The translations under genes were made by a program, and so were the position numbers. The notes beneath the pieces were generated by a model. It saw only the letters and a program-made list of their open reading frames with translations. It was not told the origin of the DNA and searched no databases. 64,000 nucleotides of DNA from Candidatus Aminicenantes bacterium (GTDB lineage: Bacteria; Acidobacteriota; Aminicenantia; Aminicenantales; JAFGBC01): positions 4,128,001 through 4,192,000 of the forward strand of contig OY969696.1 of NCBI GenBank assembly GCA_963702005.1, written 5' to 3'. Within the stretch, counting starts at the first letter, position 1, and each line of letters opens with the position of its first letter. Positions 25,886-37,834 of the stretch are shown here, piece after piece.

Positions 25886-28754
25886 TCGTTGCGTCTCCTT
25901 TGTAGAGGCCAGCAATCGAGGTGACCTCCTTCCGCGTTCCGGGCAGAGGAGTCAAATCATGCCCCCTCTGGACGGCCGCCCGGACGCCGGGATCCTGAGC
26001 ATCCCCGGCGTTTTGGTTTTCCAGGCCGGGGTATTTCGGATCGCCGAAAGCAAGCAGCGTTGTCCTCGTCCTCATCGCATCCGAAGCTCTTCGCTGCTTT
26101 TTGAGTTCCTCAAAGACCGTCGCCGACAGGGCTATCTGTATCGGTTTCCATTCGGCCAAGAATTGCCAATTTTTATTTTTCTCCTTTGTTTTTGCGGAAC
26201 GGATGAGAGCTCCGAAAGGGAGGGTGTGGAGCGGTCCGTCGGGGATAAACAGGATCCGCTCGCTCTTCTCGATTATTTTGCCCGCAGGCCGTATCAGCAT
26301 CTCATAGAGCTTCTTGCCCTGCGCAAGCAGGCCTTCCTGAAGGGATGCCGCCTGGCCTTGCTGGATCAAGAGGTTGAATCTTTCGACCTCGCTTCTCAAT
26401 CGATTTTCAGACACGGCCATGTCGATAACCGCGAACCGGTTGACCGTCACCACGAAAAGCCGGCTTCTCTCCTCCCCCAGGTCATAGGAGAGAAGGACGG
26501 TCCCGGGGTCGAGCGCCTTCTGAGCGCTTAAAAGATCCAGGGCCTCCGGATACTGAAGGGCGGCAAAATTCGGAGATACTTTTTTGATCTGCTCGGCGAT
26601 CTCCGTTTGCCTCGACCTCAAAACACGAAGGTCTTCCAGGAGTTTTTCGATTTCCGCTTGATCCTTTTCGGGGTTGAGCTCGGCCAGGCGCCCTTGAATT
26701 CTGTCATAGTCCCAGGCCGTGCGCTTTCGGCCGCGCTCCAGCTCTTCCGGCACATCGGCCAAAAAAACGAGGTCCCGCTCGGCGAGCATGGCCAGAAATT
26801 GCCGGGCGCGCCATCGCTCCAGTGTTTGGAAGGCCTCTTCCGGTTTCTTGAGCTTCATCAGGACCTCGATATAGGACTGATAAAGGGCCTTATGCTCGGA
26901 GCGGTAGGCCGCTTTGATGTCCGGGGATCCTCCCAGCTTTCCGATATGAGTCTCGATGGCTTCAATGGAGCGCCGGAGATAATCGGCCGCCTCCTGAAGC
27001 CGGTCTGTCTTCAAGCAGATGGCTCCCAGTGAATACAGGGAGCTGGAAAGGCGACTGCTTCCCGGAGCAAGCCGTTCTTCAATAGGCACTGCTTTCCCAT
27101 AGAGCGATTCCGCTTCTTGAAGGTTACCCTTCTTGAAAGCAACTTCCCCCAAATTTTGGAGCCCTCCCGCCACCTCCAGACTTCCCGGAGCGTTCTTTTC
27201 CGTGATGACAAAGCCTTGACGGAAGAAATCCTCGGCCGCCTTGAGGTCCTGTCTGTCAAAGGCCAGATGACCGAGATTTTCCAGGGCGTCGGCGGAGTTA
27301 AGGCCGCCGGGCGCCAGATTTTCCCGGATCGTTAGGGCTTTTTTGAAACAGGCCTCCGCAGATTCGAAATCCCGGCGGTTCTTGAAGACCATGCCGAGGT
27401 TTATGAGATTGGCAGCCATATCATCGCCGTCCGGCTTCACTTTTTCCCAGAATGAGAGCGCCAGCTTGAGGTAAGACTCGGCCGAATCATAGTCGGACCT
27501 ATTGCCCGCTATAACAGCTAAGTTATTATAAATATAGATGATTTCTTCGCTGTCCGGAGTCAGCTTTTTCTTGATGGCCAGGGCTTTCTTATAATAATTC
27601 TCGGCCGTTTCCAGGTTGTCGCGAGAGAAGGCCACATTGCCGAGGTTGATAAACGTCGCGGCCGCCTCGGGGCTTTCCGGGGAGTTTTTCTGGTCGATGG
27701 CGAGCGTCTTTTTGAAATAGTCTTCGGCCGCGTCCAAATCGCCTCGATTTCGAGCGACATTGCCGAGGTTATTCAAGGTCCCGGCCAAGGCCACGCTGCC
27801 GGGCGCCAGGTTTTCCAGGATGTCCCGGGCGCGCTTGAGGGCGGATTCAGCCTTCTCCAGATCGCCGAGCCTCCGGCTCACGGTCCCCACGTTGTTCAGA
27901 ACGCCGGCGGCCAGAAGGCTGGCCGGAGCAAATTTTTCGCAGATCTCCAGGGCCGCCTGGGCGGCGGCGCCCGCAGCCTGCAGGTTCCCCCGGCTCCGCG
28001 TCAAGGTCGCCAGTCCGTTTTGGAATCTCGCTAGGGAAAGGCCTTCGCCGAACTTTCTTCCCAGAGTTTCAATGGCGAAATTCAAGGCTTTCTCCGCCTC
28101 ATCAAATTTATTCTGTTTCCTGTACAGAGTCGCCATAGCTTCCCAAATCGAAGCTTGAGCCAGCGCGCTGTCCGTCAGTTGAGCGACACAGAGAGCCTCC
28201 TGATAAACGGCGAAAGCGCCTTCCCCTTGGGCTGCGTCCGCTAGGGCGGTTCCCGTTTGAAGTGTCAACCAGGTGACAAGATCTTGATCGTTTGATTTTT
28301 TCGCGGATTGAACGGCTTTCGCTAAAAGGGATTTTCCCTTTTCGACCTCCCCGGCCTTAATCAACTGGATTCCCGACCGGAATTCGGACAGCATTTCCCC
28401 GTTCAGCTTGGGCTCGACTTTCACTCTCCAGTCTCCGGCCGGAACTTCAAAATTCAGGGGTTGACCCGAGCGCTCTCCGAGGAGCTTAACCGAGCCGCGG
28501 GGGCCTTGCTCCCACTCCACCCACCAGAAATCGAAGACGGAGCCGATCGCCCCTTTGTCTTTCTCGGGATTCGCGGACGGGCGAGAACCGACCTCCCAGG
28601 CCGTGATGATGTCTCCGGGCTGAAGGCCCGCTTTTTCGGCCGCCGATCCTTTAGCGACTTCCTCGACGACGACGCCCCTCTCCAGGCCGAAAAGGCTCAG
28701 GGCGATTCCGATCAAGGCCAGACAGCCGAAAATAGAGAGAATTTTTTTGGCCAT
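25374..28754 (-). CDS. Exported PDZ-TPR-CHAT (caspase-like) protein
   Basis: Start MAKKILSIFG with RBS, GSAAEKAGLQPGD (PDZ), about 10 TPR repeats of 42 aa, catalytic IHFACHG and LSACETG intact. Confidence 0.9.
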   Translation of the reverse strand: MAKKILSIFGCLALIGIALSLFGLERGVVVEEVAKGSAAEKAGLQPGDIITAWEVGSRPSANPEKDKGAIGSVFDFWWVEWEQGPRGSVKLLGERSGQPLNFEVPAGDWRVKVEPKLNGEMLSEFRSGIQLIKAGEVEKGKSLLAKAVQSAKKSNDQDLVTWLTLQTGTALADAAQGEGAFAVYQEALCVAQLTDSALAQASIWEAMATLYRKQNKFDEAEKALNFAIETLGRKFGEGLSLARFQNGLATLTRSRGNLQAAGAAAQAALEICEKFAPASLLAAGVLNNVGTVSRRLGDLEKAESALKRARDILENLAPGSVALAGTLNNLGNVARNRGDLDAAEDYFKKTLAIDQKNSPESPEAAATFINLGNVAFSRDNLETAENYYKKALAIKKKLTPDSEEIIYIYNNLAVIAGNRSDYDSAESYLKLALSFWEKVKPDGDDMAANLINLGMVFKNRRDFESAEACFKKALTIRENLAPGGLNSADALENLGHLAFDRQDLKAAEDFFRQGFVITEKNAPGSLEVAGGLQNLGEVAFKKGNLQEAESLYGKAVPIEERLAPGSSRLSSSLYSLGAICLKTDRLQEAADYLRRSIEAIETHIGKLGGSPDIKAAYRSEHKALYQSYIEVLMKLKKPEEAFQTLERWRARQFLAMLAERDLVFLADVPEELERGRKRTAWDYDRIQGRLAELNPEKDQAEIEKLLEDLRVLRSRQTEIAEQIKKVSPNFAALQYPEALDLLSAQKALDPGTVLLSYDLGEERSRLFVVTVNRFAVIDMAVSENRLRSEVERFNLLIQQGQAASLQEGLLAQGKKLYEMLIRPAGKIIEKSERILFIPDGPLHTLPFGALIRSAKTKEKNKNWQFLAEWKPIQIALSATVFEELKKQRRASDAMRTRTTLLAFGDPKYPGLENQNAGDAQDPGVRAAVQRGHDLTPLPGTRKEVTSIAGLYKGDATIYLGEEATEEKAKAISKDVRYIHFACHGFLDELFPLNSGLALSIPPAVMEGRDNGILQAWEVFERTRIDADLVTLSACETGLGKEMGGEGLIGLTRAFQYAGARTVLASQWKVADVATSELMTRFYSYLKAGLSKDRALQLAQIEFIRNPDRAISHPYYWAGFLLNGDWK

Positions 28755-28767
28755 GGCCGCTCTCCCC

Positions 28768-29646
28768 CTAATCAGGCGTCGGGGGAGTCCTAAAAAGCCC
28801 CAGCAATTTGGGGAAAGTTTCATTCTCCGGAAATTGCGCGCGGGCCGTCTGTACGGTCCGGTAGGCATCGTAGAAGAGCCCTTTGTCGAGAAGATAGCCG
28901 TACTCGACAAGAAAGCGGGTGATCCGGTTTCCCTCCGGGATTTCTTTGATCACCTCGGCAAGCTCTCCGCGGAGGGAATTCGTCTCGGCTTTGCTCAGGA
29001 CCTGAAACTTTCCTCCGCCTTGATTGGAGTCCGAAAAAATCACCCAATTGTATATCATCCCTTCCCGAAATATTTCCGCGGGAACTCTCGCCTGGCTCTC
29101 CTGAATCTGTTTTTCATAAACCGATTTTCGCTCCGTCCCATCCGCTTTTTGATAGATATGCAGGGAATAGGGAGGGCGATCTTCCTCCCATTGAAAAATG
29201 AGGCCGCCTTCCGGGTAGAGAACCGGCGTGTTGTCGGGCTGGATGATCTTGACGGCGCTTTTAGCCCGGGTGACCAAGGCGACCGTTCTCTCCTCATCTT
29301 TTCGGATCAGGCCCTGGAATATTTTCTTCAATTTTGAAACGGCCTTCTTGCCCCTGCTCTCCGCGATCTTAGGCTCTTGGATCGTATAGGGCGAGGTCGC
29401 TTCGCTGATGCTCTCGGTGCGAAGACCCAGATAGTTCAGAACCGCCTTTCCGCCCGCTCCGATACGGATGACATCGCCGGGATAGAGGGGCTGAAGAGGA
29501 AGGAGGTCCGCCCAGTCATGGCCCCTCATTATTTCCGCCTTTCCCGCAACCTCGGTAAGGGTCGCAGCCGGAGCCCTTGTTTCCTCGGCCAAACCGAACA
29601 GGCCGGCGATGATGGATATCAAACCGAAAAGACACATTCTTTTCAT
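28768..29646 (-). CDS. Secreted hypothetical protein (FecR/DUF928-like partner)
   Basis: Signal peptide, LYPGDVIRIGAGGKA FecR-like segment, located between CHASE2 and CHAT genes. Confidence 0.65.
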   Translation of the reverse strand: MKRMCLFGLISIIAGLFGLAEETRAPAATLTEVAGKAEIMRGHDWADLLPLQPLYPGDVIRIGAGGKAVLNYLGLRTESISEATSPYTIQEPKIAESRGKKAVSKLKKIFQGLIRKDEERTVALVTRAKSAVKIIQPDNTPVLYPEGGLIFQWEEDRPPYSLHIYQKADGTERKSVYEKQIQESQARVPAEIFREGMIYNWVIFSDSNQGGGKFQVLSKAETNSLRGELAEVIKEIPEGNRITRFLVEYGYLLDKGLFYDAYRTVQTARAQFPENETFPKLLGLFRTPPTPD

Positions 29647-30980
29647 TGGCGGCCTCCTTGTTTCGGATCGCTTTTTTTAGACTTAGGGAAACGAAGCTTC
29701 GTCTCCAGTTTTTCGATTTTCCGGTCTTTCTCTTTGAGTCTATCCTTCAAATCTTCGACTTCCCTTTTAACCCTGGAGTAGCGTTCGATTAAGGAAAATT
29801 CCCCATGAAGGAAGACTGAGGCGGCCGCCGGGATGAAATTCAGCCAGCGGCTCAGGCTGGAGAAAACGAGATAGCTCCCGAAGACGGCCAGCGGGATCAC
29901 GGACAGCAAACAGATGAGGGACGCTTTAAAAGGCGCATAGCGGACAAAGACCAAGGAGAGAATGACGACGACGGCCAACTCGAATAATAATTCAAAAAGA
30001 TGGCTGACCGGCTTCAGGGGCTTGGCCTTCAGCAGCGTTTCGATAGAGTTGGCGATGATTTCCGTCCCGGACAGGAGCCCCTTGGGCGTCGGATAAAAAT
30101 CCCTGGATTCCTTGAAAGTGCCGCCGACGAGGACGATTTTACCGGAGAGAAGGGGCGAGGACTGGAGGAAGAGGTCGGGGACCTTCCAGAAACTGGAGCT
30201 GCTCAGCGAGTTGAAACTGCGCTTATCGCCGATGAACCGAATATTATCGAGGGGGGAATGGCGGCTTCCTTTCAGGAGGGCCGGGGTTTTCCCGCCGCGG
30301 CCCGTTTCCTCCCCCAGGCCTTTTTCGCCCCGATTCAGCAGGGTTTGAAATGTCTCCCAGGTCAATCCCTCGCCGGCCGCGACAATCGAGAGAGCGAAGC
30401 AAGGGTATCGTCTTTGACCGCCCATTTCCAGAACAAGGCGCATCTTGCGAAGGACCCCATCCCCAGCGATGGGATAATTCACGGCTCCGTAGAAAACAGC
30501 GTCGGGAGTCTTGAAGGGAAGTCCCTGACCGATAGGATAGGCGGCTTCGCCCTTCTTCGATTCTTCTCTTTTCAAGTCCGAAGAAAGAACCACCGGAATT
30601 TTCCATTGTTCGAGGCGTTCAAGCGCGGCGGCCATCAGGCCGTCTTCGGCCGTGGGGGTGCTTAAATCCACATCCAGGCCGATGACTCTTGGCCTGGCCC
30701 GAGCCAGCTTGACGAGAAGCTCCGAAAGAACCCGCCTGGATAAAGGGCTCGTTGAATGAAAAAGGTCCCGATAGTCCGCGTCGCCGATTTCAATCAGGAA
30801 GATGTCCGCCGACCTTTTCTCTTTTTCCCACCAGACCATAAAATCAAAAACGCCGTTCTCCCAGCCCGCTAAGATCCCGAGAAAGGAAAGAGCGCTCGTG
30901 ATGAGGCTGACCAGGAATCCGACGGCCAGGCCGTGCGCCAGGACTTTTTTGGAGAGGTTGCAGGAATGAACTTCAGCCAC
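29643..30980 (-). CDS. CHASE2 domain membrane sensor with no output domain
   Basis: PRVIGLDV, DGVLR, GKIVLVG, D.YPTP...GTEIIAN motifs, then 3 TMs and a short coiled-coil tail. GTG start. Confidence 0.88.
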   Translation of the reverse strand: MAEVHSCNLSKKVLAHGLAVGFLVSLITSALSFLGILAGWENGVFDFMVWWEKEKRSADIFLIEIGDADYRDLFHSTSPLSRRVLSELLVKLARARPRVIGLDVDLSTPTAEDGLMAAALERLEQWKIPVVLSSDLKREESKKGEAAYPIGQGLPFKTPDAVFYGAVNYPIAGDGVLRKMRLVLEMGGQRRYPCFALSIVAAGEGLTWETFQTLLNRGEKGLGEETGRGGKTPALLKGSRHSPLDNIRFIGDKRSFNSLSSSSFWKVPDLFLQSSPLLSGKIVLVGGTFKESRDFYPTPKGLLSGTEIIANSIETLLKAKPLKPVSHLFELLFELAVVVILSLVFVRYAPFKASLICLLSVIPLAVFGSYLVFSSLSRWLNFIPAAASVFLHGEFSLIERYSRVKREVEDLKDRLKEKDRKIEKLETKLRFPKSKKSDPKQGGRQ

Positions 30981-31173
30981 GGAAACCCCTATCCCGGGAT
31001 GACTCCGGTTATTCCCTTCCTCTTAGGAAAAAATATCACAGCGAATGGATTTGTGTCAAGTCAATCCGGCCCTCTGGAGCGGCCGGTGACCTTAGGGACC
31101 TTCCCTGATGACAGAAGGCTTGTGATTTCGTTAGAATAGGAACCTCGGCAACTTCACGAAAAGGAGTTCGAAC

Positions 31174-33620
31174 ATGGGGATCCGCGGACAAGGACGATTA
31201 TTCAAAGGGTTGGCGTTCGGACTGCTGGCGCTTTGGCTGACGGCAGGCATCGCCGCCGCCCAAACCGACGTTCCGTACCAGAAGCCTCCCAAGGAAATCC
31301 TCGCTCTGGCGGACGTCGCCCAGCCGCCCCGGATGATCACCGACCGCCACAACCGGTACATGGCCTTTCTGACCAGGCCGAACTATAAAACGCTCCAGGA
31401 GCTCGCCGAGCCCGAGCTCAAGCTGGCCGGCATCCGGGTCAACCCCCAGAACCACGACCGGGCCCGGACCATGTCCTACACGACGATCTCTCTTCAGGAA
31501 TTCCCATCGGGCAAACCCATCCCGATCGCCGGCCTGCCAAACGACCTCCGGATGGAATATATCGGGTTCTCCCCCCAGGGCTCCTATTTCTCGTTCATCC
31601 AGGTCGGGAAAACGGGTCTCGAGCTCTGGATAATCGAGATGAAGACGGGGCAAGCCCGGCGGCTCAGCGCGCCCGTTTTATCGGCCGTCCTGGGCTATAT
31701 CTACACCTGGTCCCCCGACGAGCGGACCATCTACGCCATGAAACGTCTTCACACCGAGCCCTATGTCGAGGAGAAAGAGCTGCCGACCGGACCCGCCATC
31801 CAGGAGGCGACCGGAACCAAGGCCGCCGCCTGGACCTACCAGGACCTCCTCCGCAACAAGCAGGACGAGAAGCGCTTCGACTATTTCGCCGCCCGCTCCA
31901 TCGTCCGCTATGCGCTTGACGGCCCCGAACAGCCCTATCTCCCCGCCGCCGTCTATACGAGCGCCCAGCTTTCCCCGGACGGCGCTTTTTTCCTCACCGA
32001 AACCGTTCATCCTCCTTACTCCTACCAGCTTCCTTACAACCGGTTCCCGGCTCGCGTCGAGATCTACGACCTCGCCGGAAAGAAGGTTGTCGAGTTGTGC
32101 GACAAGCCTCTCCAGGACACGATCCCGGTCGCCTTCGACGCCGTCGAGGCCGGACCGCGCGATCACCAATGGCGGGACGACACGCCGGCGACCGTCGTCT
32201 GGTGCGAAGCCCAGGACGGCGGGGATCCGGCCAAGCCGGCCAAAATCCGGGACCGCCTCTACCAGCTTCCCGCGCCGTTCAACGGAGAGCGCCGGCTCCT
32301 CTGCGGAACGGTAAACCGTTTCGCCGGCGTCACCTGGGGGGACGGACGGACGGCCGTCGTCCAGGACTCCTGGTGGAAGAACCGCAACACGAAACCTACC
32401 TCATCGACCCTTCCGGAGAAAATCCGTCGCCCCGGATTCTCTTCGACCTGTCCTCCGAAGACCTCTACGCCCAGCCCGGGTGGTTCGTCGCCGCGCCCAA
32501 CGCGCTCGGGCGCTACGCGCTTCTCTTCAGCAAGGACAAGTCCAAGCTCTACCTCCGGGGCGAGGGCTATTCCCCCCAGGGCAACCGGCCTTTCCTCGAC
32601 GAGTTCGTCCTGAAGACGGGAAAGGCCCGGCGCCTGTGGCGGGCCGACGGTCTGAAAACCTACGAGTCGATCGTCGACGTCCTGGACATCCGGAAGAAAA
32701 CGCTCGTCGTCCGGATCGAGAGCCCGACCGATTATCCCAACTACTTCATTCGCGGGTTCGACTCCAAGCGGCCGCCCCGGCAAGTGACCTTCTTCGAGAA
32801 TCCCTATAAATCGCTGGCGGGCGTCAGCAAACAAATGATCGCCTACAAGAGGGAGGACGGCGTCGACCTCAAGGGAACCCTCTACCTGCCCGCCGGCTAC
32901 GACCCCAAGCGGGACGGCCGCCTCCCGATGCTCATGGAGGCCTACCCCGTCGAGTACAAAGACAAGGCCGCGGCCGGACAGGTCGACGATTCCCCCCACC
33001 GGTTCGTGTTCCTCTACTGGGGCTCGCCCGTGTTCTGGGTCGCGCGCGGCTACGCCGTCCTCGAAAGCGCCGCCTTCCCCGTCGTGGGTCAGGGCAAGGA
33101 AGAGCCCAACGACACCTACGTCGAGCAGCTCGTCATGGACGGAAAAGCCGCCATCGACGCCGTCGACCGGATGGGCGTCGTCGATCCCAAACGGGTCGGC
33201 GTCATGGGGCACTCCTACGGCGCGTTCATGGTCGCCAACCTCCTGGCCCATTCCGACCTGTTCGCGGCCGGGATCGCCCGCAGCGGCGCTTACAACCGGA
33301 GCCTGACGCCGTTCGGTTTCCAGGCCAAGGAGCGGACCTACTGGCAGGCCCAGTCCCTCTACCTCCGGATGTCGCCCTTCAACTACGCCGACAAGATCAA
33401 CGAGCCTTTGCTCCTCATTCACGGCGACGCCGACAACAACCCGGGGACCTTCACGCTCCAGAGCGAGAGGCTGTTCCTGGCCATCAAGGGATTGGGCGGG
33501 AAGGCCCGCCTCGTCCTCCTCCCCTACGAGAGCCACGGCTACGCCGCGCGCGAAAACATCCTCCACATGCTCTGGGAGATGGACGCTTGGCTGGAGAAAT
33601 ACGTCAAGGGCGCTCATTAG
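31174..33620 (+). CDS. S9 family peptidase (glutamyl endopeptidase-like), frameshift near 32392
   Basis: ORFs 31174 and 32097 join if one A is added at AAA 32392-32394 (KNRNTK-TYLID). GHSYGA, GDADNN and ESHGY triad motifs. Confidence 0.88.
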
Positions 33621-33703
33621 CTTGAACCCCCGTCCGCCGCTCATTTGACCGCCCCGGGGTCCTATGGTATGTAAGGAGTAAAGATAGAGGCGGAGATCGC
33701 GAC

Positions 33704-35107
<1,404 letters not shown>

Positions 35108-35131
35108 GTTCAAGATGTCGCGGGAGAGATA

Positions 35132-37828
35132 ATGGGGTATCGAGCAATCACGGCCTCAATAATCGCCCTCACCCTCCTCGCCGGAACGGCTTGTCGAAAT
35201 GCGGACAAGGCCGCAGCCAATCCCGACAGCGAGGCCGTCGGGGCGGGCGGGCCGAACCGCACCGTCCTGCCCGTGAACCAGGTCGTGACGCCCGCGGGCG
35301 TTCAAGTCCCGCTCCCCGGCTTGCGTCCCTTGGCCCTCGCCCTGTCTCCGGACGAAAAACTCCTCGCCGTTTCGGGCAAGACCAGCGAGGTCGTCATCAT
35401 CGACCCGGCGAGCGGCCGCATCCGCCAGCGCGTCGTCTTCCCCGCCCATAAAGAAGACCAATCCCATCCCGAAGCCCCGTCGGCGGCCATCCTGTTTCAG
35501 GACAGCGAGGCACAGCTGAGCTATACGGGCCTCATCTTCTCGCCCGACGGGAAATGCCTCTATCTCAGCAACGTCAACGGAGACATCAAGGTTTTCGCCG
35601 TCAGCCCCGACGGGGAGGTCTCGCCCACGCGCGCGCTGCCTCTTCCCGCCGCCCATGCGCCGCGCCGGGAGGAAGAGATCCCGGCCGGATTGGCTCTTTC
35701 CGCCGACGGCCGGCGTTTGTTCGTCTGCGGCAACCTCTCGAACCGGCTTCTCGAGCTCGACGCCGAGACGGGAGCGGTCGTCCGGATCTTCGACGTCGGC
35801 GTCGCGCCCTATGACGTCGTGCTCGCCGCCGGCAAGGCTTATGTCAGCAACTGGGGAGGACGCCGTCCGCGGCCGGGCGACCCGACCGGCCCGGCCGGCC
35901 GCGGGACCGAGGTCAAGGTCGATCGCGAGACCCGGATCGCCTCGGAAGGGTCGGTCAGCGTCATCGACTTGGCCGCCGGCCGAGTCACGAGCGAAATCCT
36001 CGTCCAGAAGCACGCCTCCGCCCTGGCCGTATCCCCAGACGGCAGGTACGTCGTCTGCGCCAACGCCGCGAGCGATAACCTGAGCGTCATCGACGTCCGG
36101 ACCGACGTCGTCGTGAAAACCATCTGGGTCAAGCCGAGCCCGGCCGACTTGTTCGGCGCTTCCCCCAACGCCGTCTGTTTCGCGCCGGACGGCCGCCGGC
36201 TCTACGTCGCCAACGGGACCCAGAACGCCGTCGCCGTCCTGGCCTTCGACCCCGACGAGGGCGACGCGCGTATCGAGGGCTTCATCCCGGTCGGGTGGTA
36301 TCCGGGCGCGATTGTCGACAGCCCGGCGCGGAAATCGCTCTGCGTCGCGAACATCAAAGGGCATGCCGCCGCCCCGGAGCCGTCCGAGGACACCGGCGCC
36401 CCCGGCTTCAACTCTCATCAGTACAGCGGCTCGGTCTCGCTCATCCCCGTCCCCGAGAAGCGCGAGCTGGCCCGGATGTCGGCGACCGTCGAGAAGAACT
36501 ACCGCCGCGAGCGGATCTCGCTCGCCCTCCTTCCGCCCCGCCCCGACCGGCCGCCCCGGCCCGTCCCGGAGCGGATCGGCGAGCCCAGCGTCTTCAATCA
36601 CGTCGTCTACATCATCAAGGAGAACCGGACCTACGATCAGGTTTTGGGCGACGTCGCGGCCGGGAACGGCGACCCCGCCCTCTGTATCTTCGGCGAGCGG
36701 GCGACCCCCAACCAGCACAAGCTGGCCCGCGAGTTCGTCCTTCTCGACAACACATATTGCAGCGGCATCTTGAGCGCCGACGGGCATCAGTGGTCGACGA
36801 CCGCCTTCGCGACCGATTACCTGGAACGGTCCTTCGCGGGCTGGCCGCGGAGCTATCCCGACGGGATGGGGCCGGACGAGATCGACGCCCTGGCCTACGC
36901 CCCCAGCGGCTTCCTCTGGGACAACGCCCTGAAGCACGGGATCTCAATCTGGAACTTCGGGGAATTCGCCATGCCCGACTGCCGCTGGGCCGATCCCAAG
37001 CGCGAGGGGGAACCGGCCTGGCGCGACTTCTGGAGCGAATATCTCCACGGCGACGGCCTGGTTCGCATCGGTTCCCTGCCCGGGATCGAATCGATCGCCC
37101 CGTTCACGCCGGCCGATTATGTCGGCTGGAACATGGACGTCTCCGACGTCTGGCGGGCGCGGGCGATCGTGCGCCAAATCGAGGCCTGGGACAAGGAAGG
37201 CCGGATGCCGCAGCTTGTCCTCATCTGCCTGCCCAACGATCATACCAACGGAACCGAAGCAGGCTCTCCGATCCCCGAAGCCTGTGTCGCCGATAACGAC
37301 CTGGCCTTCGGCCGGATCGTCGAGGCCCTGAGCCGGAGTCGGTTCTGGCCGGAGACGGCCGTCTTCGCCATCGAGGACGATCCCCAGAGCGGCTGGGATC
37401 ACGTCAGCGGCTACCGGACGACGGCTTATTGCGTCAGCCCCTACACGAAGCGCGGGCAAGTCGTCGGCACCCAGTACAACACGACGAGCATCGTGCGGAC
37501 GATCGAACAGATCCTGGGGCTGCCGCCCATGAACCAGTTCGACGCCACGGCGATCCCGATGTTCGACTGCTTCGCCGACACCCCCGACCTCGAACCCTTC
37601 GAGGCCGTGGCCAACCGGGTACCGCTCGACACGATGAATCCCCGCCCAGAGGAGATCGCGGACGTTCTCCTGCGCCGCGACGCCCTGATATCGGCCCGCC
37701 TCGATTTCAGCCGGGTGGACGCTTGCCCCGAGGACGTCCTCAACCGCATCCTGTGGCACGCCGTCAAGGGGAGCGCCGCGCCCTACCCGGCTTGGGCCGT
37801 GTCCGAGCGGCCGGACGAGGATCGGTAG
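35132..37828 (+). CDS. YncE/YVTN beta-propeller fused to phosphoesterase (alkaline phosphatase superfamily), lipoprotein
   Basis: Lipobox-like TAC, YVTN-type repeats, HVVYIIKENRTYDQVLGD, SADGHQW, LPNDHT. Confidence 0.88.
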   Translation: MGYRAITASIIALTLLAGTACRNADKAAANPDSEAVGAGGPNRTVLPVNQVVTPAGVQVPLPGLRPLALALSPDEKLLAVSGKTSEVVIIDPASGRIRQRVVFPAHKEDQSHPEAPSAAILFQDSEAQLSYTGLIFSPDGKCLYLSNVNGDIKVFAVSPDGEVSPTRALPLPAAHAPRREEEIPAGLALSADGRRLFVCGNLSNRLLELDAETGAVVRIFDVGVAPYDVVLAAGKAYVSNWGGRRPRPGDPTGPAGRGTEVKVDRETRIASEGSVSVIDLAAGRVTSEILVQKHASALAVSPDGRYVVCANAASDNLSVIDVRTDVVVKTIWVKPSPADLFGASPNAVCFAPDGRRLYVANGTQNAVAVLAFDPDEGDARIEGFIPVGWYPGAIVDSPARKSLCVANIKGHAAAPEPSEDTGAPGFNSHQYSGSVSLIPVPEKRELARMSATVEKNYRRERISLALLPPRPDRPPRPVPERIGEPSVFNHVVYIIKENRTYDQVLGDVAAGNGDPALCIFGERATPNQHKLAREFVLLDNTYCSGILSADGHQWSTTAFATDYLERSFAGWPRSYPDGMGPDEIDALAYAPSGFLWDNALKHGISIWNFGEFAMPDCRWADPKREGEPAWRDFWSEYLHGDGLVRIGSLPGIESIAPFTPADYVGWNMDVSDVWRARAIVRQIEAWDKEGRMPQLVLICLPNDHTNGTEAGSPIPEACVADNDLAFGRIVEALSRSRFWPETAVFAIEDDPQSGWDHVSGYRTTAYCVSPYTKRGQVVGTQYNTTSIVRTIEQILGLPPMNQFDATAIPMFDCFADTPDLEPFEAVANRVPLDTMNPRPEEIADVLLRRDALISARLDFSRVDACPEDVLNRILWHAVKGSAAPYPAWAVSERPDEDR

Positions 37829-37834
37829 GCCCGG

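Noticed and set aside
27000-28200. Periodic sequence as a possible CRISPR array or DNA tandem repeat
   Set aside because: The periodicity comes from 42-aa TPR coding repeats. I saw no CRISPR repeat-spacer array anywhere in the window.
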